Assembly: GCA_963832145.1 (NCBI GenBank) | Contig: CAWHTA010000011.1 | Coordinates: 665,451 to 729,450, forward strand | DNA length: 64,000 bases | Source: an uncultured Acidobacteriota bacterium | GTDB taxonomy: Bacteria; Acidobacteriota; Thermoanaerobaculia; UBA5066; Gp7-AA6 | Direction of reading: 5' to 3' | Part shown: in pieces, positions 35,708 through 43,830 of the stretch | Numbering within the stretch: the stretch's first letter is position 1 | How the letters are laid out: the number at the start of each line of letters is the position of its first letter | The notes under the pieces: model-generated | What the model was told of the DNA's origin: nothing | Databases searched by the model: none | What the model saw: only the letters and a program-made list of their open reading frames with translations | Position numbers and translations under genes: made by a program

Positions 35708-37909
35708 TTACGGCACGGAGGCCGCTCCGGCCGCTCCCGCGACTCCGCTCTCCCGATCGACGAGGATCGTCCGGTCCACCGGAGCGATCGGGCCGATTTT
35801 CTGCACCTTTCCCGAGGGCCAGGTGATCGTGAGGTCCGCCAGGCGCTCCGCCGAACCGAGACCGAGGTGCGCGACCGGGCTGCCGGTCGAGAGGTAGCCA
35901 CTCCCCTGTGCCGTCTCGACGATGAACTTCCGGCCCGACGGAAGCGTCGCAGTCACCCGCGCGCCGACGCCGTCCGCGCTGTCCTTCCCGGCCGAGGCCG
36001 CGAGCCGCACGCGGAGGTAGTGCTCACCCTCGCGGCGCGATCCGAGGAAGAGCGCCTCCGGCGCTCCCACCGACCGGACGTAGAGGTCGAGCGCGCCGTC
36101 GCCGTTCGCATCGAAGGCGACGACCGCCCTCCCGTTCGTTTCGAGATCGAGCCCGTCCAGGAAGGCGCGCTCCTCGAACAGCGGCTCGCCGGCGTCGGGA
36201 TCGCCGCTCCGATTTCGGAAAAAGCGGTCGCGCTCGAATCCGTTGACTCCGACGCCCTTCCGGTCGAAGGTTCGTTCCAGGTCCTCGTACTCCTCCCAGT
36301 ACGCGAGCGAGTCCCACCAGAACTCGAGCTCGCGGTCGTGGTCGCGCCCGTCGCCCCACATCCCGTTCGTCGCGTACAGGTCGAGCCACCCGTCGTTGTC
36401 GAGGTCGGCCGCCGCGGCGCTCCAGTTCCATCCCGCCTTGTGCGCGCCGCTCTGCTCGGTCGCGTCGTCGAACGTGCCGTCCGCCTTCTGCAGGTAAAGA
36501 GAGTTGCCGCGCGACATCTTCTTCATCCAATCGATGGCAGTCGAGAGGAAGAGGCGTCCGGGAAACGAGATCGGGAGACCCGGGTAGTCGTGGAGGAAGG
36601 CCCACTGCGTGAAGGTGCCTGTGGTGTAGAGATCGAGCCGTCCGTCTCCGTCGAAGTCTCCCCATGCGCCGGACATGCCGTAGCCGCGGTCTTCGACGCC
36701 CGCGTCGGAAGTCACCTCGGCGAAGCGGCGCCCGCCGTCGTTGCGGTAGAGATTCTTGAATCCGAAGTCGTTCGTCACGAACAGGTCGGCGCGGCCGTCG
36801 GAGTCGTAGTCGCAGAAGAGCGCCGAGAGAGACCAGCGCCTCGGTCCTCCTACCTTCCATTCCGTGGCGGCGTCGCGAAACCGGCCGCGTCCGTCGTTGA
36901 GGAAGAGATGGTTCGGCGCCGCGTCTTCCGCGTCGTAGGGGGGGTCGGGCATCTGCCGGTAGTAGTCGCCGGTCACGCAGACGAAGAGGTCGAGGTCCCC
37001 GTCCCCGTCGACGTCGGCGAAAGCGGCGGAGCGGGCATTCGGCCGCACACGGATGCCGGAAGCGGCCGTCGCCTCGGTGAAGCGTCCGCCCGGGCCGTTC
37101 ACGAAAAGCCGCGCGGGTCCGAAAGAATCCGTGGTGAAGAGGTCCGGGAGGCGGTCCCCGTTCACGTCGCCCGCGGCGACCCCCGTGGCGGCGATCCCGC
37201 GATCGCGCGACTGGGCGAGGCCCGCCCGCCCGGTGACGTCGGTGAAGCGACCGGTGCCGTCGTTCTCGTAGAGGATCGAGCGCACTCCGTCGCCGGTGAA
37301 GAGGTCCTCGTCGCCGTCGCGGTCGAAGTCGAGCACGGCGACGCCCGATCCCGGCCAGATGTCGGAGATCAGCCGGTTCGTTCCGGACTGCGCCGGGTCG
37401 CGCCGGAGCGCGCCCAGTCCCGCAGCGGTCGTCGCGTTCCGGAAGCGCGGCGACGTCTCGTAGCGTTCGACGAGGACTCGCGCGAGCCGGACTTTCCGGT
37501 CTGCCGGCGCGACGCCCGCCGTGACCGTCGCGGCCGCGCTCCGTTCCACGCGGGCGCCATCGGGCCGGAAACCGCCGACAGTGAAAAAGACCAGTCCCTC
37601 CGTCCGGTCCACGCCGGGTCCCAGCTCGTGGCCGGGCGGCTGGACTTCGTAGGAAACGTAAGCGAGCCGCTCCAGTCCTTCCCAGGCCCACCTCCGGACC
37701 ATTCCGATTCCCTCCGGGTCGTCGGCGGTCGGCTCGCGGGCCTTCAACGCGCGCTGCACGCGCTCGACCTCGTCGCGCCAGGTCTCGAGCCGTTTCATCC
37801 AGGGAATGAACTCCCGCCGGAGTGTCGGAAGGTGCGCGTTGCGGTAGAGCCAGATGCCGGCGGCAACGGCGAGAACGGCGAAAACGATGAGGAAACCGCG
37901 GCGCTTCAA
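35708..37909 (-). CDS. CRTAC1-family protein (FG-GAP/VCBS repeats plus ASPIC/UnbV domain), N-terminal membrane anchor
   Basis: Repeated ..D(F/V)D(R/G)DGD(E/L)DL(F/Y).. motifs and a C-terminal ..GARVTATLPSGRKFIVETAQGSGYLS... The TTG start at 37909 (MKRRGFLIVFAVLAVAAGIWLY) is inferred and uncertain. Confidence 0.75.
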   Translation of the reverse strand: MKRRGFLIVFAVLAVAAGIWLYRNAHLPTLRREFIPWMKRLETWRDEVERVQRALKAREPTADDPEGIGMVRRWAWEGLERLAYVSYEVQPPGHELGPGVDRTEGLVFFTVGGFRPDGARVERSAAATVTAGVAPADRKVRLARVLVERYETSPRFRNATTAAGLGALRRDPAQSGTNRLISDIWPGSGVAVLDFDRDGDEDLFTGDGVRSILYENDGTGRFTDVTGRAGLAQSRDRGIAATGVAAGDVNGDRLPDLFTTDSFGPARLFVNGPGGRFTEATAASGIRVRPNARSAAFADVDGDGDLDLFVCVTGDYYRQMPDPPYDAEDAAPNHLFLNDGRGRFRDAATEWKVGGPRRWSLSALFCDYDSDGRADLFVTNDFGFKNLYRNDGGRRFAEVTSDAGVEDRGYGMSGAWGDFDGDGRLDLYTTGTFTQWAFLHDYPGLPISFPGRLFLSTAIDWMKKMSRGNSLYLQKADGTFDDATEQSGAHKAGWNWSAAAADLDNDGWLDLYATNGMWGDGRDHDRELEFWWDSLAYWEEYEDLERTFDRKGVGVNGFERDRFFRNRSGDPDAGEPLFEERAFLDGLDLETNGRAVVAFDANGDGALDLYVRSVGAPEALFLGSRREGEHYLRVRLAASAGKDSADGVGARVTATLPSGRKFIVETAQGSGYLSTGSPVAHLGLGSAERLADLTITWPSGKVQKIGPIAPVDRTILVDRESGVAGAAGAASVP

Positions 37910-37920
37910 GCGCGCGGATG

Positions 37921-39066
37921 TTATTCGAACGTTCCGGAAGCTCCGCCGCCGCCGTAGCGGCCACCGCCGGGAGAGAACGGGGTGTCCTCCCGGGGCGGAG
38001 AGGCCGGCGACGCCGATGCGGCCAGCAGAGCGGCCGCGGGGGCGACCCCTTCGGATTCGGTGGAAAGAGTCGGCGAAACGGTGAAGCCGCGAAGCTCCTG
38101 CCCGGGTGCGCGCGCGAGAAGGCGGTTGAGCCACAGCGCGAGGCCGATGAGCGCGAGCCCGAACAGCGTGATCGGGATCGAGTCGAAGCGGTAGTAGTAG
38201 TGGAGAGTCAGGATCGACGGCGCGGCGAGCAGGGCGCCCGTGTCGAGGATCAGCCGGCGTCTCGCGCGAAGTCCCCACGCGAGGAAGAGGAGCGGGACGA
38301 GCACTGTCGCGACAGCGAACACGGGTCGGACGCCCGACTCGGGCGCCGCGAAGCTCGACGGCCTCGCAAAGAGCCCGATTTTCTCGACGAGGCGCTCGTC
38401 GCGGCTGTAGAGGTTGACGGCGGCGTAGAGAGCGAGCGCGGATACGACGAAAACACCGGCGAATGCCCGGCGGCGCGACGGAGTGAGAACCCGACGGTTG
38501 GAGAGACCCGCCGAGAGCCCGCAGAGAACGGCGCCCGCCAGCGCCCACCCGATCCGGCCGTAGGGAGCCTGCGCGAGGAGGACGAATCCCGCGGCCGCGG
38601 CGAACGCGCCGTACAACGAGAATCCCCAGCGCCAGCACGCCGCCGCGAAACCCACGGCGGCGACGGCCGAGGGGATGGTCATCTCTTCCGAGTCGGCGAG
38701 CAGGCCGACCGCGATGATCAGGTTGACGACCGCCCAGTACGACGTGGCCGCATCGCTCCCCGTCCCCGCAATTCGCGAGCCGCGCAGGACCTCCGTGACC
38801 GCCGCTAGGATCGCCGCGTAGAGGAAGAACCGGCCCGAGCCCCGCGTGTCGAAGTCGAACAGGGCGAACTGGATTCCGAAAACCGCGACCGAGACGAGAA
38901 CGAAGATGAGCACCTTCCAGGCCCGCGCGAGCTCGACCTGACTCGACGGGAACTCGGCTTCGATTGCGGCAAGCGTCGCTTCGTCGATGGCGCCGGCCTT
39001 CTTCCAGTCGCGCGCCGCTCCGCGCACTTCCGCGGCCCGCTCGGCCCGCACCCACGCCTCTCTCAT
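37921..39066 (-). CDS. polytopic membrane protein, unknown function, Gly-rich C-terminus
   Basis: Soluble N-terminus of about 45 aa, several hydrophobic helices, and a tail ..GGGRYGGGGASGTFE. ATG at 39066 in an ATGA overlap with the upstream gene. Confidence 0.65.
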   Translation of the reverse strand: MREAWVRAERAAEVRGAARDWKKAGAIDEATLAAIEAEFPSSQVELARAWKVLIFVLVSVAVFGIQFALFDFDTRGSGRFFLYAAILAAVTEVLRGSRIAGTGSDAATSYWAVVNLIIAVGLLADSEEMTIPSAVAAVGFAAACWRWGFSLYGAFAAAAGFVLLAQAPYGRIGWALAGAVLCGLSAGLSNRRVLTPSRRRAFAGVFVVSALALYAAVNLYSRDERLVEKIGLFARPSSFAAPESGVRPVFAVATVLVPLLFLAWGLRARRRLILDTGALLAAPSILTLHYYYRFDSIPITLFGLALIGLALWLNRLLARAPGQELRGFTVSPTLSTESEGVAPAAALLAASASPASPPREDTPFSPGGGRYGGGGASGTFE

Positions 39067-39884
39067 CGATCCGCCCGGATGCGCCGCGTGGCCCGGATGA
39101 GAACGACGAGAGCCGCGATGCTCCAGACCGCCGCGGCGAGAAAGAGCGGCTCGCGATCGAAGGATTCGCCGAGCAGACGGAGGCCGCCGACCCAGAGCGC
39201 GGCGACGGCGATCGCGAAGTCGAGCGGCCTCCCGAGCCTCCACGCGAGCACGAGCACCGCGCCCCCCACGATGGCGAGAGCGAGCTCCCAGAGGAGCCAG
39301 CTCGATGGCGACCCCTGCAACGCGCCCGAGAGAAGCCCTCCGAAGAGGAGCAGCAGTCCCGCCGTGACGTACACGATTTCGAAGTGCGGCTTACGGCGCG
39401 AGCGGACCGACAGAATCCCCGCCGCGAGGAAGAGTGCGCCGCAGCCGATCGCGTTCCAGCGAATGTCCGTGAGGGCCAGTTCCCGCTGGGTCTCGAACGC
39501 GATCCCCGCCGACACTCCCCGCCACGCCGCGAAGGCGGTCAGCGCGAGTGAGAGAACGGCGCGGGAGTCGAAGCGATACGCGAGGAGGAAATACACGGCC
39601 GAGACGACGAGGAAGTGATACGGCCACTGGTTTCCGAGAAAGCGAAACTGGCGCTCGACGTACGCGAGGTCCGATGCGATGAGAAGGGCGCCGAGCACGA
39701 GCACGTAGTCCGCCGCGAGGTGCGGCGAGGCCGTCTCGCCCCAGGAGAAGCCGGGAGATCGCCGAAACGCATAGACGAGGCACGCGATCGCCCCGACGCC
39801 GACGAGCGATGCGATCAACACCGGGCCGAGGCGGTCGTGATGCTCCTTGACGAAGAGCCCGACGCCCGTCACCGCGACGAGCAC
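39063..39884 (-). CDS. polytopic membrane protein, unknown function (N-terminus uncertain)
   Basis: The first canonical start is GTG 39884. The frame stays open and coding-like up to 40073 (..YTFPVNPEVEAAVLRLREKGILPDPPATPLLRIARGELIPVRTELRTLLYVG..). Confidence 0.6.
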   Translation of the reverse strand: MLVAVTGVGLFVKEHHDRLGPVLIASLVGVGAIACLVYAFRRSPGFSWGETASPHLAADYVLVLGALLIASDLAYVERQFRFLGNQWPYHFLVVSAVYFLLAYRFDSRAVLSLALTAFAAWRGVSAGIAFETQRELALTDIRWNAIGCGALFLAAGILSVRSRRKPHFEIVYVTAGLLLLFGGLLSGALQGSPSSWLLWELALAIVGGAVLVLAWRLGRPLDFAIAVAALWVGGLRLLGESFDREPLFLAAAVWSIAALVVLIRATRRIRADR

Positions 39885-40043
39885 GCCGACGTAGAGGAGC
39901 GTTCGAAGCTCGGTGCGAACGGGTATCAGCTCGCCGCGCGCGATGCGGAGAAGCGGCGTCGCCGGGGGATCCGGGAGGATGCCCTTCTCGCGGAGGCGCA
40001 GGACGGCGGCTTCGACTTCGGGGTTGACGGGGAAAGTGTAGCC

Positions 40044-40086
40044 GGGGTCAGTCCTGATTCTTTGATTCTGGGGTCAGTCCTGATTC
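40044..40086. repeat. tandem doublet of GGGGTCAGTCCTGATTC (period 26 nt), left arm of the inverted repeats flanking tRNA-Ser(GCU)
   Basis: Identical 17-mers at 40044-40060 and 40070-40086. Confidence 0.85.
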
Positions 40087-40151
40087 TCTGACTTTGAGGC
40101 AGGGCAGACCCGCGCCTTCCCTCGGGACCGTCATTGGTGAGCGGTCGAAAG

Positions 40152-40244
40152 TGGCGGAGAGGGCCGGATTCGAACCGGCGGTAGGGTTATTAGCCCTACG
40201 GCGGTTTAGCAAACCGCTGGTTTCAGCCACTCACCCACCTCTCC
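40152..40244 (-). tRNA. tRNA-Ser (anticodon GCU), CCA encoded
   Basis: Reverse complement GGAGAGGTGGGTGAGTGGCTGAAACC..GCGGTTTGCTAAACCGC..(long variable arm)..GCCGGTTCGAATCCGGCCCTCTCCGCCA. Confidence 0.9.
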
Positions 40245-40340
40245 GGTAGGGGCCTTGGCGTCGCATCGTACGGGACAGCCCGGAGGCAAGCAAACAAGCT
40301 CGGAACGCTCGCTATTCAGCCTCGTCGTCCGACCGAATTC

Positions 40341-40385
40341 GGAGATTCAGGACTGACCCCAAAATCGGAGATTCCGGACTGACCC
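40341..40385. repeat. tandem doublet GGAGATTC(A/C)GGACTGACCC (period 26 nt), inverted copy of the 40044-40086 doublet
   Basis: GGAGATTCAGGACTGACCCC (40341-40360) and GGAGATTCCGGACTGACCC (40367-40385). Their reverse complement is GGGGTCAGTCCTGAATCTCC. Confidence 0.85.
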
Positions 40386-40475
40386 TACAATCCCCCGATC
40401 ACTCTCGTCCAGGAGACTGGGCCGCCCTCCTCCAGTGAGCGGAATTCGGGCGCGCCGCGAAGCGTTGGGCGTTGC

Positions 40476-41144
40476 GTGAAAAACAGAATCGCACTCGCCG
40501 CCTTCGTCGCCGTGGTTCTTTTCCGCGCGTCGGCGAGCGCCGAACCGCTCCAGTTCACCGTGATCGGCATCGACTGCAAGGAGTGCGCGCCTCCGATCGT
40601 CAAGGCTCTCCGGCAGGTCCCCGGCGTCAAGACCGCGACGCTCGACTGGAAGAAGGGCGTCGCCACTGTCGACGTCGGCGCCCGGCTTCGACCGGGCGAG
40701 CATCAAGAAGGCGGTCGACGCGATCGGCTACGAAGCGATCTTTCCGGGCGAGAACCGCAAGGAGTTCACGGCTCTGCCGGCGGATGTCATCGCGAAGCTC
40801 GACATCGTTTCCTACGACGGCGCCACGAAGGTCGACCTGAAAAAGATCGCCGTCCCGGGCAAGATCACCGTCCTCGACTACTGGGCGGAGTGGTGCAGCC
40901 CCTGCCACTTCCTCGAGAAGAGCTGCAGCACGTCATGAATGCCAACCCTGGGATGGCGCTGCGGCGGGTCAACGTCGGCAAGTGGAACAACGCGGCCGCC
41001 CGCCAGGCCACGTCCGAGTTCCGGCTCGAAGCGCTGCCCTACGTGCGCGTCTACGACGCCCGCGGCAAGTTCGTGGGAGACGTCACCGGCGGCAGCTGGG
41101 ACGATCTGCTCAAGGTCCTCGATCGGGCCAGGTCGAGCGGCTGA
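40476..41144 (+). pseudogene. periplasmic HMA (heavy-metal-associated) - thioredoxin-like fusion protein with two compensating frame shifts
   Basis: The ORF is uninterrupted, but codons from about 40684 to 40920 only make sense in the +1 frame (GFDRASIKKAVDAIGYEA..VLDYWAEWCSPCHFLEK). N-terminus: signal peptide plus ..IGIDCKECAPPIVKAL... C-terminus: ..LQHVMNANPGMALRRVNVGKW... Confidence 0.65.
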
Positions 41145-41146
41145 TC

Positions 41147-42146
41147 GTGCTGCGCCCGCGCTCGAAAACGCTCTTCGCCTTTCTGCTCCTCGCGTTCGCC
41201 GTCGCGCCGGCCGCCTACGCCTGACCCGCCTGAGCCAACCCCAATCTCTCCGGCGGAGAGACCGAACGACAACTTCTTCCCCGCGGCGTGTGGCAGATCT
41301 CGCTCGGAGCGGCGTACGGCGAGTTCCGGACGTCTCACATCGCGGAGTGCCCCGACGTCGCTCCGGAGTGCGCCGTCGCGATCATTCCGCCCCACGAGCA
41401 CCGGGCGCGCCTCGGCCTCTATCGCGGAGATCTCTCGGTGGGTTACGGCGTGAAGGCGGGGCTGCTGCTCTCGCTGCGGGTGCCGTACGAGGTCAAGGAC
41501 CAGCGGATCGACTACCGCACGCTCGAGGGAGAGCCGTTCGATCCTCCCTATGGCGACATCCACCACCGGACGGAGCGCCTCGACGGTTTCGGGGACGGTG
41601 AGCTGGGACTCTCCCTCGTTCCGGCCCGCGACTTCCTCGTCGGGGCCGGAATCACGCTTCCGTTCGGACGCACCGAGGAAGATCCGATCGATCTCGGCCG
41701 CCGCGGGCTGAAGCATGAGCACATCCAGTTCGGCAGCGGAACCGTGGATCCGACGCTCGCGGTCCAGTGGTCCCGGCCGTTTGGACGGCTCTCGCTGGCG
41801 GCGTCGGCCAACGCGCGGATCCCGCTCTACGAGAACCGGCACGGTTTCCAGGCGCCAATTACTGTCCGGTGGTCGCTCGGCCCGAAGGTGGTGGTGGCCG
41901 GAGCGGGCTGTCTCCGTCCACTATTCCGGCCAGTACCAGTCGATCGGAAAGTGGAGCGGAGAAGTCGACGAGGGAACGGGCTTCCACAACGGAGGAGTCG
42001 TTCTGCGGAGCTCCTTCCTTCTCGCGCCCGGGTGGAGGCTCACGCCGGGCGTCTACCGCGAGATCTACTCCGAGAGCCTCTCGGACGAGTCGTTCCGGCA
42101 GGGGACGACCTGGTCGGTCGTCCTCAGCCGGTTCCTGTCGAACTGA
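41147..42146 (+). pseudogene. putative outer-membrane beta-barrel protein, disrupted (two in-frame TGAs or a shift pair after the signal peptide, plus a frameshift near 41909)
   Basis: Signal peptide VLRPRSKTLFAFLLLAFAVAPAAYA (41147-41221), TGA at 41222 and 41231, body ..WQISLGAAYGEF.. in the same frame, and the C-terminus VSVHYSGQYQS..TTWSVVLSRFLSN* in another frame. Confidence 0.6.
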
Positions 42147-42153
42147 CGCCGCG

Positions 42154-43125
42154 TCAGAAACGCAGGTCGACGACGACCGTCGCGGGCGCCGACCGGTTCC
42201 CCGCCTCGTCCACGGCGACCACCTGGACCGTGTGCTCGGAGCCGAGAGTTCCGTAGAGGACGGCCCACTCGAACCCGACGAGGCTGTGGTCGATCACGCC
42301 GTCCAGAAAGATGTCATACCGCATGAGCTGCCGCGGGGTGACGCCATCGGTCGCGGGGCTCCAGGACAGGTCGATCTCCGCGTCACCGGGAGTGTGGACC
42401 CACACGGCGGGCGTGGTCGGCGGCGTGACGTCGGAGGTGTTTCGCGGCAGCGTGGTCACGACGATCGCATCCGAGATCGGAGAGAGCTTGCCCGAGTAGT
42501 CCCGCGCCTGCACGGTGAACGTGTACGTCGTTTCGTAGTCCAGAAAGACGACGTTGCCGGACGTTGCCCGCGTGATGTGAAAGACCAGAGCCCCGTCCTT
42601 GAAGACGTTGAACCAGAGCGGCCCGCCCTCGTCGGTGGCGGACCAGGACAGAGCGGCGTGTGTCGGACCGGCGGCGCTCAACGTGATGACGGGATTCGTC
42701 GGAGGGCCCAGGTCGGCCGGCGTCGTGACGGTGACGATGTTGCTGTAGTTCGACACGTTGCCCGCGGCGTCCTGGGCGAACATCCGGAAGGAGTAGGTGT
42801 TGTGCGGCCGAACGCCGCCGACGAACGTGTAGCTCGAGGCGGGGGCGGGAACCGTGGCGCTGCTGTTGTCGCCGCAGCAGATCCGGTAGACGAAGCTTCC
42901 CGAGTTGTCCGTGGACGGGTTCCAGGCGAACGACACGCTGTACGCCGTCGCGCCCGTCACGCGGAGGTTCGTCGGGGTCGTCGGCGCCTGCCGATCGCCG
43001 CCGCTCGGTGCCGGCGTCGGCGTGGGTCCTGGCTTCGGCGGCTTGGGAGCGGCGGCGAGCGCCGCGGCGAAAAGCATGATTGCCGCGAGACTCGAAATCC
43101 ACAGCCGGATCGAGGGGGTACGCAT
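42154..43125 (-). CDS. secreted protein with three fibronectin type III domains
   Basis: Signal peptide MRTPSIRLWISSLAAIMLFAAALAAA, a Pro-rich linker, then three repeats with ..P(T/P)NL..V(S/T)..W..S.D..Y.. patterns. AAGGAGG lies before the ATG. Confidence 0.75.
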   Translation of the reverse strand: MRTPSIRLWISSLAAIMLFAAALAAAPKPPKPGPTPTPAPSGGDRQAPTTPTNLRVTGATAYSVSFAWNPSTDNSGSFVYRICCGDNSSATVPAPASSYTFVGGVRPHNTYSFRMFAQDAAGNVSNYSNIVTVTTPADLGPPTNPVITLSAAGPTHAALSWSATDEGGPLWFNVFKDGALVFHITRATSGNVVFLDYETTYTFTVQARDYSGKLSPISDAIVVTTLPRNTSDVTPPTTPAVWVHTPGDAEIDLSWSPATDGVTPRQLMRYDIFLDGVIDHSLVGFEWAVLYGTLGSEHTVQVVAVDEAGNRSAPATVVVDLRF

Positions 43126-43180
43126 GAGGCCCTCCTTGAGTCGTGATCTTCCCGTCCGAGGAACGACGAGAGGGCCGTCG

Positions 43181-43210
43181 TTAGACTTTCATAATCATTA
43201 AGTTGCGCTG
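43181..43210 (-). promoter_or_regulatory. AT-rich conserved motif, copy C (upstream of the FN3 gene)
   Basis: Minus strand CAGCGCAACTTAATGATTATGAAAGTCTAA; 22/30 identical to copy A; 56-85 nt upstream of the ATG at 43125. Confidence 0.5.
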
Positions 43211-43237
43211 AAAAAGAGGCCGTGAAAGGTCTTTCCC

Positions 43238-43280
43238 TTGAAAAGCGGAGGCCCGGCCCCAACGACGGGTCCGGGCCTCC
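43238..43280 (-). terminator. rho-independent terminator candidate after the CHRD gene
   Basis: Minus strand GGAGGCCCGG-(14 nt)-CCGGGCCTCC followed by GCTTTTC. Confidence 0.6.
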
Positions 43281-43347
43281 TCCCGATTCCTTCTCTGCAG
43301 TGAAACCTGATTTTAGTGGTGGCCCTGTCGAGCGAAAGTCACCACAA

Positions 43348-43776
43348 CTAGAGCTGTCCGCGAACTGCCCCGGCCGGGAAGTCGGACGTGTGGACGTTCA
43401 CGTAGTAGTTCTGCGGGTTCTGCGCGATCTCCCGGAGCAGATCTCGGTCCGCCGAGACGCATCCGCTAGACGTTCCGTTCGCGTCGGGTGCTGTCAGTCC
43501 GACGACAACCGGCCCCGGTTCCCCTTCGGCGGCGACGTGGACGTGCGCAGCGGACGCGGGCAGTGTGATGTCACGAACGTTCAACTGAAAACAGAGCTGC
43601 TGCTGACCGGAATTGACCGTGATCACGGCTTCGCCGGTCCCGTCCGGATCACCCGGTCCCGGTGCCTCGTCCGCCCCCGTCATTCTCGTGAAGAGCGGCT
43701 TGCCTCCCGCCCCCACGCTCGCGACGGCGAGGAACGTCATCGCCGCGATTGCCGCCACCAGGATTTGTTTCTTCAT
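43348..43776 (-). CDS. CHRD domain-containing secreted protein
   Basis: Signal peptide MKKQILVAAIAAMTFLAVASVGA, ..AHVHVAAEG.PGPVVV.., ..NYYVNVHTSDFPAGAVRGQL (CHRD signature). AAGGAGG lies before the ATG. Confidence 0.78.
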   Translation of the reverse strand: MKKQILVAAIAAMTFLAVASVGAGGKPLFTRMTGADEAPGPGDPDGTGEAVITVNSGQQQLCFQLNVRDITLPASAAHVHVAAEGEPGPVVVGLTAPDANGTSSGCVSADRDLLREIAQNPQNYYVNVHTSDFPAGAVRGQL

Positions 43777-43830
43777 GTTGCCTCCTTATGAAATCCGTTT
43801 TTCCTCATGCCTTTCGATACACGCCCAGTC

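Noticed and set aside
32936-40385. Prophage or integrative element bounded by the two tRNA-Ser genes.
   Set aside because: There is no integrase, excisionase, phage or conjugation gene between them. The two tRNAs are different isoacceptors rather than att duplicates. I kept only the weaker statement that the block may be an acquired cassette.
41222-41233. TGA recoding (selenocysteine, or an alternative genetic code with UGA as a sense codon).
   Set aside because: TGA is the regular stop of many well-defined genes here (pyrK, pyrD, pyrF, pgm, eno, HAD and others). I saw no SECIS-like hairpin and there are no sel genes in the window. A compensated frameshift pair explains the sequence better.
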